Shown here one piece after another: positions 16,056 to 25,879 of a stretch of DNA of 64,000 nucleotides. A program made the translations under genes and the position numbers. The stretch's first letter is position 1, and each line of letters starts with the position of its first letter. The stretch comes from an uncultured Candidatus Saccharibacteria bacterium (GTDB taxonomy: Bacteria; Patescibacteriota; Saccharimonadia; Saccharimonadales; CAZWFS01): the NCBI GenBank assembly GCA_964633325.1, contig CAZWFS010000002.1, forward strand, positions 25,657 through 89,656, read 5' to 3'. Below the pieces are notes generated by a model, which was not told the origin of the DNA, made no database searches, and worked only from the letters and a program-made list of their open reading frames with translations.

Positions 16056-17905
16056 AGGGATGATTTATTAGCTCGGTTTTGGGCTTCTTGGGCTATTTTC
16101 TCTAGAAATTCGTCTACTGACAAAGTTGTAGGCTCGGTGTCTTTAGCCACGTCCTTGCGGATACGGGGGGTAAGCTGACCAGAATCAATTTCCTTCTCGC
16201 CTATCACCACCGTATATGGAATCTTCATGAGCTCAGCAGCCCGGATCTTCTTGCCTACCGATTCATTAGAGTCATCGATTTCCGCTCTTAGTCTTAGCTC
16301 TTTTGCTTGCCTGAGAATGTCGCCTGCGAATGTGGCTGTTTTTTCTTCCTGGTTTACGGTAATGATACGAATCTGCTCCGGTGCCAGCCATACTGGAAAC
16401 TTTCCTGCGAGGTGCTCTATCAAGATACCTATAAACCGCTCCAAAGACCCGTAGATTACCCGATGGATAACGATAGGTGTTTTTTCCTGGCCGTCAGCGT
16501 CAGTGTATTTAAGCTCAAATCTGAGTGGTTGTTGGAAATCGAGCTGAATAGTCCCCATCTGCCATGGTCGTCCTAGTACATCTTTCATTAGGATATCTAT
16601 CTTGGGTCCGTAAAAGGCTCCGTCACCTTCTTCAACAGAGTATTCCTTATCACTCTCCTCTAGGATTTCTTTCAGCGTCTGCTCCGCGCTATCCCAAAGC
16701 TTAGGATCACCCATAAATTTGTCCGGGCGCGTACCCAGACGAAAGGAGTAAGACATATTAAATATTGAGTAAAACAGCTCGGTAATTTCGAATATACGCT
16801 TGTATTCATCTTTTATCTGATTCTGGGACACAAATATATGCGCATCGTCCTGGCGAAATTCGCGTACCCTTAGCAGCCCATTAAGGGTACCTGAGCGCTC
16901 GTATCGGTGGAGGGTATCTGTATCACTCAAGCGCGTGGGCAATTCGCGATAAGATCGTTGTCTACTACCAAAAACAACCATGGCGTTAGGGCAGTTCATA
17001 GCCTTAAGGCCATAGAGTTCTCCCTCTTCGGTCTCAGCGGTAGTGAACATCTCATCCCAATAATGATCAAAATGCCCAGAAGTTTGGTAGAGTTCCTTCT
17101 TATTTATAAGTGGTGATACGATTTCCTTATAATCACGTTTTCCGTGTTCCATGCGCCAAAAATTTACAAGCTCATTGTAGATAATAACTCCCCTAGGTAG
17201 CCAGTAAGGCATGCCTGGAGCGGTTTCGTGAAAGAAAAACAGCTCTAGTTCCTGACCGAGTTTACGGTGATCACGAGCTCTGGCTTCTTCAAGCATTCTG
17301 AGGTGTTTATCTAGTTCTTCCGGTGTCTCGAATGCTGCGCCGTATATGCGCTGCATCTGTGGGTTTTTCTCTTTGCCGCGCCAGTAGGCGCCGGAGATCC
17401 TTTGAAGTTTGAAAGCGCCGACTTTGCCGGTTGATTCTACGTGTGGGCCGCGACAGAGGTCTGTGAAGTCGCCATTCTTATAGAAAGATACACTCCCGAC
17501 CATGGCTTCTGCATGGGCTGAGCCTGTTATGCCTGCGGGCAGACCCATCATTGTGGAGTTCAGTTCACTAGCTAGAGTAGTGCCCTCCCGCTTTAAATCA
17601 TTCAGCAGCTCCTCCTTGTAAGGCTGCCTCTCCTCCCGGGTCCAGCCTATCGCCTCATCAATAGGCATCTCCATACGTTCAAACGACTGGTCTTCCTTGA
17701 TAATCTTACGCATCTCAGCCTCGATTTTTTCGAAATCCACCTCCGATAGTTTTGTTTCGCCCAGATCAATATCGTAATAAAAGCCATTCTCCACCACGGG
17801 CCCCACCCCAAACTTGGCTCCCGGCCACAAACGCCGCACTGCCGCCGCCATAATGTGCGCCAACGAATGCCTCATCGGGTACAACTGATTCTGCTTATCG
17901 TCCAT
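16052..17905 (-). CDS. thrS: threonyl-tRNA synthetase (no N-terminal TGS domain)
   Basis: Editing-domain RHSLAHIM is at residue 12. Class II core and anticodon-binding domain are present; 617 aa. Confidence 0.95.
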   Translation of the reverse strand: MDDKQNQLYPMRHSLAHIMAAAVRRLWPGAKFGVGPVVENGFYYDIDLGETKLSEVDFEKIEAEMRKIIKEDQSFERMEMPIDEAIGWTREERQPYKEELLNDLKREGTTLASELNSTMMGLPAGITGSAHAEAMVGSVSFYKNGDFTDLCRGPHVESTGKVGAFKLQRISGAYWRGKEKNPQMQRIYGAAFETPEELDKHLRMLEEARARDHRKLGQELELFFFHETAPGMPYWLPRGVIIYNELVNFWRMEHGKRDYKEIVSPLINKKELYQTSGHFDHYWDEMFTTAETEEGELYGLKAMNCPNAMVVFGSRQRSYRELPTRLSDTDTLHRYERSGTLNGLLRVREFRQDDAHIFVSQNQIKDEYKRIFEITELFYSIFNMSYSFRLGTRPDKFMGDPKLWDSAEQTLKEILEESDKEYSVEEGDGAFYGPKIDILMKDVLGRPWQMGTIQLDFQQPLRFELKYTDADGQEKTPIVIHRVIYGSLERFIGILIEHLAGKFPVWLAPEQIRIITVNQEEKTATFAGDILRQAKELRLRAEIDDSNESVGKKIRAAELMKIPYTVVIGEKEIDSGQLTPRIRKDVAKDTEPTTLSVDEFLEKIAQEAQNRANKSSL

Positions 17906-17963
17906 CCATAGCTCCTCTAGTCAGCTATAATATATCTTATCAGCAAAGAGCCATAGGCGTGGA

Positions 17964-18020
17964 ATTAAAAAAGACGCGCCTTTTGAATACTCTCGCATGG
18001 TATTCAAAATAGCGCGTCTC
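17964..18020 (-). terminator. intrinsic terminator/attenuator inside the thrS leader
   Basis: In gene sense: agacgcgc-tattttgaatac...gtattcaaaa-gcgcgtct followed by tttttt, ~60 nt upstream of the thrS ATG. Confidence 0.6.
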
Positions 18021-18253
18021 CGACCTTGGAATTGTACGACATACAATTCTCGGGCCTTTCACCGATTTCCCATCTGGCCTGCAATAGCTAAGGACGGGCA
18101 CTCATTGCAAAGTGCGAACACTTTGCCCTGCCGACGAGTTCGGCGGTCGGTAACGCCGCTTCACATCTCTTTGGATACATTACCTCTTGAACTATCCCAC
18201 CGGTCAAGTTCGAAAGTTCAGAGTTTTGCTAAGGGAGACCTTAGCTAGCACTG

Positions 18254-18285
18254 ATTGTAACACATCCCAGAATTCCGCCTGACAA
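18254..18285 (-). promoter_or_regulatory. candidate extended -10 promoter of the thrS leader (TGTTACAAT)
   Basis: TGnTACAAT read on the minus strand. TTGTCA lies 20 nt upstream, which is poor spacing. Confidence 0.35.
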
Positions 18286-18420
18286 GAACAATCATAGCAC
18301 GGTTAGTATTATAATGCTAGTACTAATCTATTGTTATTATTACACCTGCTCCGTGTATACTTTCCCCAGCACGGCAAACTTAAAGTATCCTGTATAATCT
18401 GGGATGTTCAGCTGTATAGC

Positions 18421-18497
18421 GGGCGATTAGCTCATTTGGCTAGAGCGCCGCATTGACGTTGCGGAGGTGGCAGGTTCGAATCCTGCATCGCCCACCA
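18421..18497 (+). tRNA. tRNA-Val (anticodon GAC), CCA encoded
   Basis: Acceptor gggcgat/atcgccc, anticodon loop ttGACgt, T-arm gcagg-ttcgaat-cctgc. Confidence 0.9.
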
Positions 18498-18538
18498 GCT
18501 ACTTATAATATACAGTCCATTTATGCACTTTACTTGGG

Positions 18539-18567
18539 TTGACTATTATTACTTTATGTGTTAGCAT
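18539..18567 (+). promoter_or_regulatory. sigma70-type promoter candidate (TTGACT, 17-nt spacer, TAGCAT)
   Basis: Read directly from the sequence, between tRNA-Val and nrdR. Confidence 0.4.
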
Positions 18568-18573
18568 TAGCGG

Positions 18574-18773
18574 GTTAATTCGGGAGGTTTATGAGAATTA
18601 ACCTAGTAAGCCCTCTTGAGGGCTTTCAGCTGTTTTATGAGGACCTTGCGTCTATCGAAGCAGCGAATCGCTTGCGACGAATGAGGTGGCTTAAAAGCTC
18701 CTTGTAACTTGCAAACGATCAGAGGTGGTAAATTATAGAAACTTCGGCTATAAAAGGCCGAAGTTTCTATTTA
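18574..18773 (+). ncRNA. candidate ~200-nt structured RNA or nrdR leader of unknown class
   Basis: No ORF. Hairpins ggttaattc/gaattaacc and aagccctc/gagggctt, plus a terminal hairpin tagaaacttcggc/gccgaagtttcta followed by ttt. Confidence 0.3.
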
Positions 18774-18846
18774 AAGTAGGGTTTACCCACATAATTCTCT
18801 TCCTTATACACTAGCATTTTTAATAGCGGCATGACAATATGTAGCC

Positions 18847-19251
18847 ATGGTATGTATATATTGCGGTTCTGATACGCAGGTAATTAATTCACGACCAAAA
18901 AAAAGGGTTAACCACATTTGGCGACGTAGGCAATGCGCTAATTGTGCGGCTACTTTTACTACCACTGAAGCTCCGGAGCTCAGTTCATCCATAATGGTTA
19001 AAAAAGTGGACGTAATAGAGCCATTTTCGCGCGATAAGCTCTTTCTAAGTGTCTACGAGAGCTGCAAGCACCGAAAAGACGCTCTAGGCGACTCCCAAGC
19101 CCTCACCGCCACTATAATTACCAAGTTACTTCCCCATGTCCAGGATGCTTCACTTCCAAACCGTGAGGTTATAGTCGTAACGACAAAAGTCTTAAAGCGC
19201 TTCGATAAGGCCGCCCACGCCCACTACCAGGCTTTTCACCCAGCAAAGTAG
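18847..19251 (+). CDS. nrdR: transcriptional repressor NrdR
   Basis: N-terminal zinc ribbon CIYCGS...CANC followed by an ATP-cone. Confidence 0.9.
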   Translation: MVCIYCGSDTQVINSRPKKRVNHIWRRRQCANCAATFTTTEAPELSSSIMVKKVDVIEPFSRDKLFLSVYESCKHRKDALGDSQALTATIITKLLPHVQDASLPNREVIVVTTKVLKRFDKAAHAHYQAFHPAK

Positions 19252-19262
19252 AGTTTTTTATG

Positions 19263-20945
19263 TTACGAATTGCTGGGGCGACGGCGCCAACTGCGTGGGT
19301 TCCACCACCGGGCACGGCGCTTCTTGCCCTCTCCAGCCCTAACTACAGTTAGGTTATCTTCCGTTACTACCGCCTTGGTGGTCAGGTCGAATGACTCTAA
19401 GTATCTAGCGAACAATAAGCGAGTCTGCGATGTAAGCGAGGCGGAAGACGCATAACAGATGCCTGTTATCGGCAGATAGACCCACTGCAAAATCATAAAT
19501 ATTGAACGATGTGCCTTGTAACGCTTGGGCTTGGGTGGCAACACCTTCACGCTGAGGTACAGGGTGATTACGATTCCGATCATAGCTATCTGCTGGATGC
19601 GACTGGCGATGAGCGGCAATTGGTTCGCAGCAATCTCGTCGGAGTTGATAAGCAGCGGTATGAACGCCGCGAACGCCATGATGAGTGGTGCTGTGGCCCA
19701 GCTGACGTGCCCTTCCAGCAGGCGTAGGAACTTGAACGTCAGGTCCAGTGTGGGAATCTTATTCTTGGTGAAGAACCCTTTCTCCGCGACATAGGCGACG
19801 TCCGAAGCACCGTAGGCCCAACGCCTTAGCTGTATGAACTGCGCCTTCAGGGTCTTACGCATTGTGCCGGCGAATACGGCATCCTGATAGATGGGCACCA
19901 TTATGGGATAGACCTCGTGCATGCCCTCATAGCGGAAATACGTCCGCCAGAACTGGTGGCCGTCCTCAACGATGGTCCGTACGCTCCAGAAATCGGTATC
20001 AATGACGGCCTGCATGGATTGGGCGTGGGCCGAAAAATTTCGTAAGATATGCGGCCGCAGCGCCAGCACAATCATCCAGAACGAGTTGCCGGTGGCGATG
20101 ACGCGCATCGGCGCCGGCGCGTCCCAGATATTGTTAGTGAACATCGGAATCGGCTGGTAAGAGATGCGAACCGGATCCGGGCAGACACAGTACATGTATG
20201 TCAGGGCAGCCAGATACTTATGGTGCGGGCGATTGTCTGAATCCAGGGTGGTAACCACCACATTTACCGGATCTATGCCCTCGACCTCCAGGTGTTTCTG
20301 CAACACGCGGCCGGCATTGGTAATGTTGCCCCCCTTGCCGATGACCTCCCCCGGTTTATCCTGATGTTTGGCGGCTATGGAGTAGCGGAATTTGCCGCGG
20401 CATTCTTCTACCAGGGCTAGCGCCTGCTCTTCCACCGCTTTTCCGCCACGTTCTTCATAAGCCAGTACAAATATGACATTCTGCATGTCGTAATTGGAAT
20501 CCAGGATGGCTTGTATAGTTGGCTCCAAAACTTCCCGGCTCTCGTTCCATGTGGCCACGATTATGGCGTGGATGACTTCGCTGGGCTTGACCTTGGCCGA
20601 CTGTACCTGCAGACGCAGCAGATTGCTGTAATGCCACTTAGGGCGGACGGCCTGGGGACTGCTTACCTCGCCCTCTTCTAGCTCCTTGACCAGCTCCTGC
20701 CAGTCCAGCCGCATGTGTTGTTGGAGCGTGCGCCACCCCTGAAGTACACGTATGTTCAGGGCGATGGCCTTAGTGAACCACATCAACATGTAGGACAGGA
20801 TGAAAAACACTGTCAGACGTGGATTGACGAAGCTAAGCACGAACGGCAATACCAGGATGGACCAGCTTAGCAGACCCGGCAGCATCTCGAAGAAGCGGTA
20901 GCGCCGGCCCCTTTCCTCTTTGAATGGTATCTCGATATCTGTCAT
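19263..20945 (-). CDS. processive family-2 glycosyltransferase (membrane-embedded synthase type)
   Basis: GT2 motifs (VATWNES, TLDSDN) and QLRRWAYG (QxxRW), with multiple TM segments. Confidence 0.8.
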   Translation of the reverse strand: MTDIEIPFKEERGRRYRFFEMLPGLLSWSILVLPFVLSFVNPRLTVFFILSYMLMWFTKAIALNIRVLQGWRTLQQHMRLDWQELVKELEEGEVSSPQAVRPKWHYSNLLRLQVQSAKVKPSEVIHAIIVATWNESREVLEPTIQAILDSNYDMQNVIFVLAYEERGGKAVEEQALALVEECRGKFRYSIAAKHQDKPGEVIGKGGNITNAGRVLQKHLEVEGIDPVNVVVTTLDSDNRPHHKYLAALTYMYCVCPDPVRISYQPIPMFTNNIWDAPAPMRVIATGNSFWMIVLALRPHILRNFSAHAQSMQAVIDTDFWSVRTIVEDGHQFWRTYFRYEGMHEVYPIMVPIYQDAVFAGTMRKTLKAQFIQLRRWAYGASDVAYVAEKGFFTKNKIPTLDLTFKFLRLLEGHVSWATAPLIMAFAAFIPLLINSDEIAANQLPLIASRIQQIAMIGIVITLYLSVKVLPPKPKRYKAHRSIFMILQWVYLPITGICYASSASLTSQTRLLFARYLESFDLTTKAVVTEDNLTVVRAGEGKKRRARWWNPRSWRRRPSNS

Positions 20946-20955
20946 AAAGCAGAAG

Positions 20956-21321
20956 CTACCTTAAGACTAGCAAGGCGTTACTGACCACCACGGCCAGGGT
21001 TAGTAGTAAGACGCCTAGTCCCAAGATCGCCATCGCGGCATGGCGCCGCAACGGATAAACGCGCAGACTGAGCATAAAATGGAACAAAGAAACAATAAAT
21101 AAAAAGACAATAAAGGCTAGTATTTCGGCTACAGTACCGGATGTAAACTTACTGATTGCGGCCGCATTAGTACAGTCACGGCATTGGACAATATAGCTAC
21201 CGCTGCGATCGGTATCTAGTTTTAGTAGCACCAGGATAGTTCCCAGCACCACTAAAAAGGCACTGGCGGCAAGCAGCAGCAGCACGACGCGGTCGTGAAA
21301 ATATCTTTTTGGTGTCGCCAT
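20956..21321 (-). CDS. small polytopic membrane protein
   Basis: Three or four hydrophobic helices, downstream of the GT2 gene. Confidence 0.5.
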   Translation of the reverse strand: MATPKRYFHDRVVLLLLAASAFLVVLGTILVLLKLDTDRSGSYIVQCRDCTNAAAISKFTSGTVAEILAFIVFLFIVSLFHFMLSLRVYPLRRHAAMAILGLGVLLLTLAVVVSNALLVLR

Positions 21322-21363
21322 ATATAAATAGCTTATATGTTTTAGGTTCTAGGTGCTAGTATC

Positions 21364-21437
21364 TGGTGCGGGTAGAGAGAATCGAACTCTCGCCTCGACC
21401 TTGGGAAGGTCGCATCCTGCCATTAAACCATACCCGC
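21364..21437 (-). tRNA. tRNA-Gly (anticodon CCC), CCA encoded
   Basis: Acceptor gcgggta/tacccgc, anticodon loop ttCCCaa, T-arm gagag-ttcgatt-ctctc. Confidence 0.9.
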
Positions 21438-21549
21438 CCGAGTGGTCCCCAGCAAGAGAGGATTCTTGCTGGGGTAAAGCGTAGGAATTGTTGGAGTTGG
21501 AGGTAAAACAATCCCTTGTTTTACCGTAAACCGGAATACAATTTCAAGC

Positions 21550-21626
21550 TGGAGCCGATGGTGGGACTCGAACCCGCGACCCCCACTTTACGAAAGTGGT
21601 GCTCTAGCCAGCTGAGCTACATCGGC
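21550..21626 (-). tRNA. tRNA-Thr (anticodon CGT), CCA encoded
   Basis: Acceptor gccgatg/catcggc, anticodon loop ttCGTaa. There is one C-A mismatch in the T-stem. Confidence 0.85.
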
Positions 21627-21669
21627 AATAATATAAAGTAGTCTCAGGCCAAATTATAGCAAAAGGGTC

Positions 21670-22017
21670 TCAGGCAGTATTTTCGTCTGGTGTTTCTAGG
21701 ATTTCACGGACTTCAATTGTTCCGCTGCCGTATCCGCCCCTTAGTTGCGGGCAATCCTGGCAGAGTTCTACTGCTTCGTCCATGGTGGCCGTTTGAACAA
21801 CACAGTAACCACCGACGTTAGAGTCGTTTTTCCAGTTGTATTCCCGGACTTTGCCTGGGGCAGTGACAACTTTGTGCTCGTTTCCGAACGGTATTCCGTC
21901 CAGTAGCTTTTCGTGGCGAGCCAGCCCGCTCATCCACCTGTCCCAGTCCCTAGTGTTTTGTTCCCGTTTGTCATCCGTAACCATGCCGCCCACAAAAAGT
22001 AGCGCGAATTTAGCCAT
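21670..22017 (-). CDS. YCII-related domain protein
   Basis: MAKFALLFVGG... with an overall YciI/DGPF-like pattern. Start set at the internal Met. Confidence 0.5.
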   Translation of the reverse strand: MAKFALLFVGGMVTDDKREQNTRDWDRWMSGLARHEKLLDGIPFGNEHKVVTAPGKVREYNWKNDSNVGGYCVVQTATMDEAVELCQDCPQLRGGYGSGTIEVREILETPDENTA

Positions 22018-22113
22018 TCCTGTCTCCTTATTAACTATACCTAGCATATCAAAAACTCTCCTGAGTTCATGATAATGTAAGAAGTTAGAGCTTCTTTCCT
22101 TTATACTTAGCGC

Positions 22114-22605
22114 ATGAAGCAGGAGTTTCGTCGGGATACCCTAGTATTTTTACTGAAGAAGGATTCTGTACTGCTGGCTATGAAAAAGCGCGGGTTCGGC
22201 ATGGGACGATGGAACGGCGTGGGAGGCAAGGTCGAACAAGGCGAAACCCTGGATGAAGCAGCTATTCGCGAAACGAAGGAAGAAATCGGCGTTACGCCCT
22301 TAGTTATTACTCCGGTGGCTACACTTAAGTTCTATTACCCACCCCAAAGGGCCAAAGGCAAAAATATCCAAGTAAAAGTATACACGTGTACGGCCTGGCA
22401 GGGCGAGCCAGCTGAAACTGAAGAAATGAGACCGCAGTGGTTTGGGATTGATAAAATTCCCTACGAGGAAATGTGGTCTGACGACAAGTATTGGCTACCG
22501 CTAGTGTTAGGGGGTAAAAAGTTAGAGGCAGAATTTTATTTTGATAGTAGCGATGGCATTAAAAACTATGAGCTGAAGGAATTACATGAAAAAGCTGCCG
22601 TTTAG
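22114..22605 (+). CDS. NUDIX hydrolase (MutT-like)
   Basis: Nudix box GGKVEQGETLDEAAIRETKEEIG. Confidence 0.8.
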   Translation: MKQEFRRDTLVFLLKKDSVLLAMKKRGFGMGRWNGVGGKVEQGETLDEAAIRETKEEIGVTPLVITPVATLKFYYPPQRAKGKNIQVKVYTCTAWQGEPAETEEMRPQWFGIDKIPYEEMWSDDKYWLPLVLGGKKLEAEFYFDSSDGIKNYELKELHEKAAV

Positions 22606-23482
22606 CCGAATAAGCATTATCTATAACCCCAACAGCACCGGTCTGGCGGTTGAAAAGGCCGAGAAGCTTCATGATGAACTAAAGTCAAAATTGGCCGGTG
22701 TCCCCCTAAGCCTGCGCCCGACTGATCGCGCTGGCCACGGAGAAGAGCTGGCCTATGACATAACCAAGCAGGCCAAAAATCCCTTGATTATCTCCGTCAG
22801 CGGCGACGGCGGCTACAACGAGGTCATAAACGGCGCGCTACGGGCGGCCGAAGAGCTGGGTGCTAAGCCGATCTGTGCAGTGCACAACGCCGGCAATGCC
22901 AACGACCACCACCGTACCTTGCAGGAGAACCCCTTGATAGAAGCGATAACGGATGGCAAGACCCAGGATATCGACCTCCTAAAGCTGGATGTCGTCGGCT
23001 CCAAAGCCTCTCTTACACGCTACGCACACTCTTATATAGGGTTAGGCCTGACGCCCGCCATAGCCGACGAGCTGAACCAGCAGCAGCTGAACCGCTGGCG
23101 GGAGACATTGTTGGTTTGGAAGACGTTTTGGCGCTACACCCCTATTACACTGGAGGTAGAGGGAGAGCGGCGTCAGTTTGACAGCTTGGTATTCGCCAAC
23201 ATAAACCAGATGGCCAAGGTGCTTACCCTGAGCAAGGACGGCCACCCCACGGATGGCAAGTTCGAGGTGATAGAGATGCCGCACATCCGCAAGATCCGCC
23301 TCTTCATCGTGGCCATCCGGGCAGCCTTGAGGGACCTGGGTGCTCAGCCGCGTCGGAAGAAGTACCAGTTCGGCGTGGTAGAGGACGTTCCCCTGCAGCT
23401 TGATGGCGAAGTCTTGCAACTCCACAGCGGTGACACCGTAACGGTCCATATAGCCCCCCAGATCCTACGCACCGTCCTATAA
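22586..23482 (+). CDS. diacylglycerol/lipid kinase family protein (YegS/BmrU-like)
   Basis: DAGK catalytic motif ISVSGDGGYNEVINGA. Confidence 0.75.
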   Translation: MKKLPFSRISIIYNPNSTGLAVEKAEKLHDELKSKLAGVPLSLRPTDRAGHGEELAYDITKQAKNPLIISVSGDGGYNEVINGALRAAEELGAKPICAVHNAGNANDHHRTLQENPLIEAITDGKTQDIDLLKLDVVGSKASLTRYAHSYIGLGLTPAIADELNQQQLNRWRETLLVWKTFWRYTPITLEVEGERRQFDSLVFANINQMAKVLTLSKDGHPTDGKFEVIEMPHIRKIRLFIVAIRAALRDLGAQPRRKKYQFGVVEDVPLQLDGEVLQLHSGDTVTVHIAPQILRTVL

Positions 23483-23498
23483 ATCCTTTATAATAGAA

Positions 23499-24161
23499 TT
23501 GATGGTCAAAGGCGTACTTCTGGACATGGACGGCACACTTGTGCTGAGTAACGACGCCCACGCGCTAGCGTGGGTAGAAGCCTTTGCTCATCACGGCTAT
23601 ACGATCGATTATGAAGCTGTACGACCGTTAATCGGTATGGGCGGCGACAAGCTGATGCCTAGGCTTGTGCCAGATTTGGACAAGAATTCCGGACCCGGTA
23701 AAGCCATAGGCGAATTCCGGACCAAACTTTTCCTACATAAATACGCCCCCGGTTTACAACCAGCGCCCGGCACCCGCGAATTAGTTCAAAGATTACAAGC
23801 AGACGGATTCAAGCTGATAGTGGCCAGCTCCGCCAAAGATGAAGAACTGGAAGTTCTGCTCAAGGTAGCCAAAGTGGATGACTTACTAAAACTATCCACC
23901 ACATCCAGTGATACTGACGGCTCCAAGCCCGAGCCAGACATTGTCCAAGCCGCCCTGGACAAGCTCGGCATGTTCGGACAAGAAACCATTATGCTTGGCG
24001 ACACCCCTTATGACGTTGAGGCTGCAAGCGCGTCGGGTGTTCCCCTGGTGGCCGTACGATGCGGCGGTTTCAGCGATCAAGACTTGGCTGGAGCAGAAGC
24101 CATTTACGACAGCCCGGCTGACCTACTAGACCATTACGATTCTTCCCTTTTCGTGGGCTAA
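23499..24161 (+). CDS. HAD-superfamily phosphatase
   Basis: Motif I LLDMDGTLV, with GDTPYD later. Confidence 0.8.
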   Translation: MMVKGVLLDMDGTLVLSNDAHALAWVEAFAHHGYTIDYEAVRPLIGMGGDKLMPRLVPDLDKNSGPGKAIGEFRTKLFLHKYAPGLQPAPGTRELVQRLQADGFKLIVASSAKDEELEVLLKVAKVDDLLKLSTTSSDTDGSKPEPDIVQAALDKLGMFGQETIMLGDTPYDVEAASASGVPLVAVRCGGFSDQDLAGAEAIYDSPADLLDHYDSSLFVG

Positions 24162-24172
24162 TGGGAAGTTTT

Positions 24173-24535
24173 CTATAAACTACTATAGAAGATTTTCGGA
24201 TGAGCTATACGTTCTCTGTCCACTTCTACAAGAAAAAGGTAGCCGTAATGACGATTCCTAACCCCCGCTATCTGTGCACCTGGTCGCCAGGCATCTTCAG
24301 ATACTGGATCGGTCACTTCCACGCCAGAGAACCATTCCAAGTGCGCTCCTTGGTCATGTTCTCTTACTACTTCTACCTTTACTTCGGGCCTAACCCAACC
24401 CCCTTCACTAAAAAAGAATGCCAGCTCGATAATTTCTCCTGGTTCCAGGGTAAAGTTAGGCCTTAGATGCATAATGGGCGCCCCCAAGTTCAACAGTTCG
24501 GAGCCTGCTTCGTGGGGATCTGATGATTCACTCAT
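24173..24535 (-). CDS. hypothetical protein
   Basis: ORF only. Confidence 0.4.
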   Translation of the reverse strand: MSESSDPHEAGSELLNLGAPIMHLRPNFTLEPGEIIELAFFFSEGGWVRPEVKVEVVREHDQGAHLEWFSGVEVTDPVSEDAWRPGAQIAGVRNRHYGYLFLVEVDRERIAHPKIFYSSL

Positions 24536-24673
24536 AAGACAGGAATATTACACTAATACTATTGCCACAATCAACCTTAAGATGAAAAGGCATAACTCCT
24601 CTTTTGAAGTTACCCAAACGGGACAGCGTCAGTCCTTAATACCAGGACAGCCCTATCAACCTGTTGAAGTTTA

Positions 24674-25870
24674 TCAAACCTTCGTGGATTTCTGGTTTAC
24701 AATAAGAGGCACTAGTAGTGAACCGATTGCACCCAGCCCGAAGGCCATTAACATGACCCTGTTTTGCGTAAATTGAAACGTAAATATCAACAGAATTGCC
24801 CAAAAAACCGCCCTTCCGATGCAGACCGCCATTTCCATTGCAGCTATATAGGCTGCTCTGTCCGATTCACTGGCATGTTCATAAAACTTGATGTTCCACG
24901 GCACACGAAATAGCGCATGCGCGCCGTCCGCGGCAAAATTTATAAATATCACAGAGGCAAAACTGCTGCCAAGAAATCGTAGAAAATGGACCATGGCGCT
25001 CGTCAAAGAACCTGCGCGCATAAGCTGGCGTGCCCTTCCCTTATCCGCCAGCCGCCCTACGGTGGCTACCAAAACTAATGTAAATAATAGGGATGCTGTA
25101 ACTATAAAGCCCACAGAGATATAGGTATTGACTACCAAGAATATAAATAGCGGCCAGACTATGGTTGCCGCCATTTCGCTAATCCCAAATCCTATATTGC
25201 TTAAGAGGTCCCCGGTTGGTGCGGAGGTGGCTGCGGCTCGCATAGAAAATTGATAATGCGCAGTGCCGTCGGCAGTACTTAACAACGGGAGGATACTCAA
25301 CGTTACAATAACCAGTGCGGCTACTAACGCAACTTGAAGGCTGAGAATAGTCGCCACCAGCCCCCCGATAAGCGGCCCCAACGCTTCCACAATACATATA
25401 AGGTTATCCATACGGCTAAGTTGCCTTCCGCCATGAGACTTTGTCATGGCGGCCGAAAAAAGGAAGTGGTAAGGAAGAAAGAAAAAGCTGATAGCCGCCC
25501 CTTCCATTATGGCGACCGGAATGAACAGCGCAGAGTGGTTGGGTAGTAAGTAAAGCATGTATAAGCTTGTCATCGCCAGAAAACAACCGGCAGTCAGTAC
25601 CCGCTTAACCCCGAAGCGTGCCATAAATATACTGGTAACAAAAACAAGGCTTAGTTCGGCCAATTCCCTCACTAAAAAATACACCAGGATAAGACGAAGC
25701 GAATAGCCCAAATTGTAAAGGTAAATCGGCACAAATACGCCTACAAGACTGATGCCAAGTGTCTTGATGCTCATAGTCCAGTAAATGCGGCTTCGCTCAA
25801 GAGCAGGAGTCGTATGTAGATGATACCGGACAAGATGCTGCATTAGTAAAGCATAGCAAAAAGCTAGCAA
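24674..25870 (-). CDS. MFS-type transporter
   Basis: About 12 hydrophobic segments, 398 aa. Confidence 0.55.
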   Translation of the reverse strand: MLAFCYALLMQHLVRYHLHTTPALERSRIYWTMSIKTLGISLVGVFVPIYLYNLGYSLRLILVYFLVRELAELSLVFVTSIFMARFGVKRVLTAGCFLAMTSLYMLYLLPNHSALFIPVAIMEGAAISFFFLPYHFLFSAAMTKSHGGRQLSRMDNLICIVEALGPLIGGLVATILSLQVALVAALVIVTLSILPLLSTADGTAHYQFSMRAAATSAPTGDLLSNIGFGISEMAATIVWPLFIFLVVNTYISVGFIVTASLLFTLVLVATVGRLADKGRARQLMRAGSLTSAMVHFLRFLGSSFASVIFINFAADGAHALFRVPWNIKFYEHASESDRAAYIAAMEMAVCIGRAVFWAILLIFTFQFTQNRVMLMAFGLGAIGSLLVPLIVNQKSTKV

Positions 25871-25879
25871 GCTCGGTCT

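Noticed and set aside
17906-18285. A canonical T-box riboswitch upstream of thrS.
   Set aside because: By eye I found no T-box 14-mer, no clear specifier loop with an ACN codon plus purine, and no UGGN bulge. It is reported only as an unclassified attenuator.
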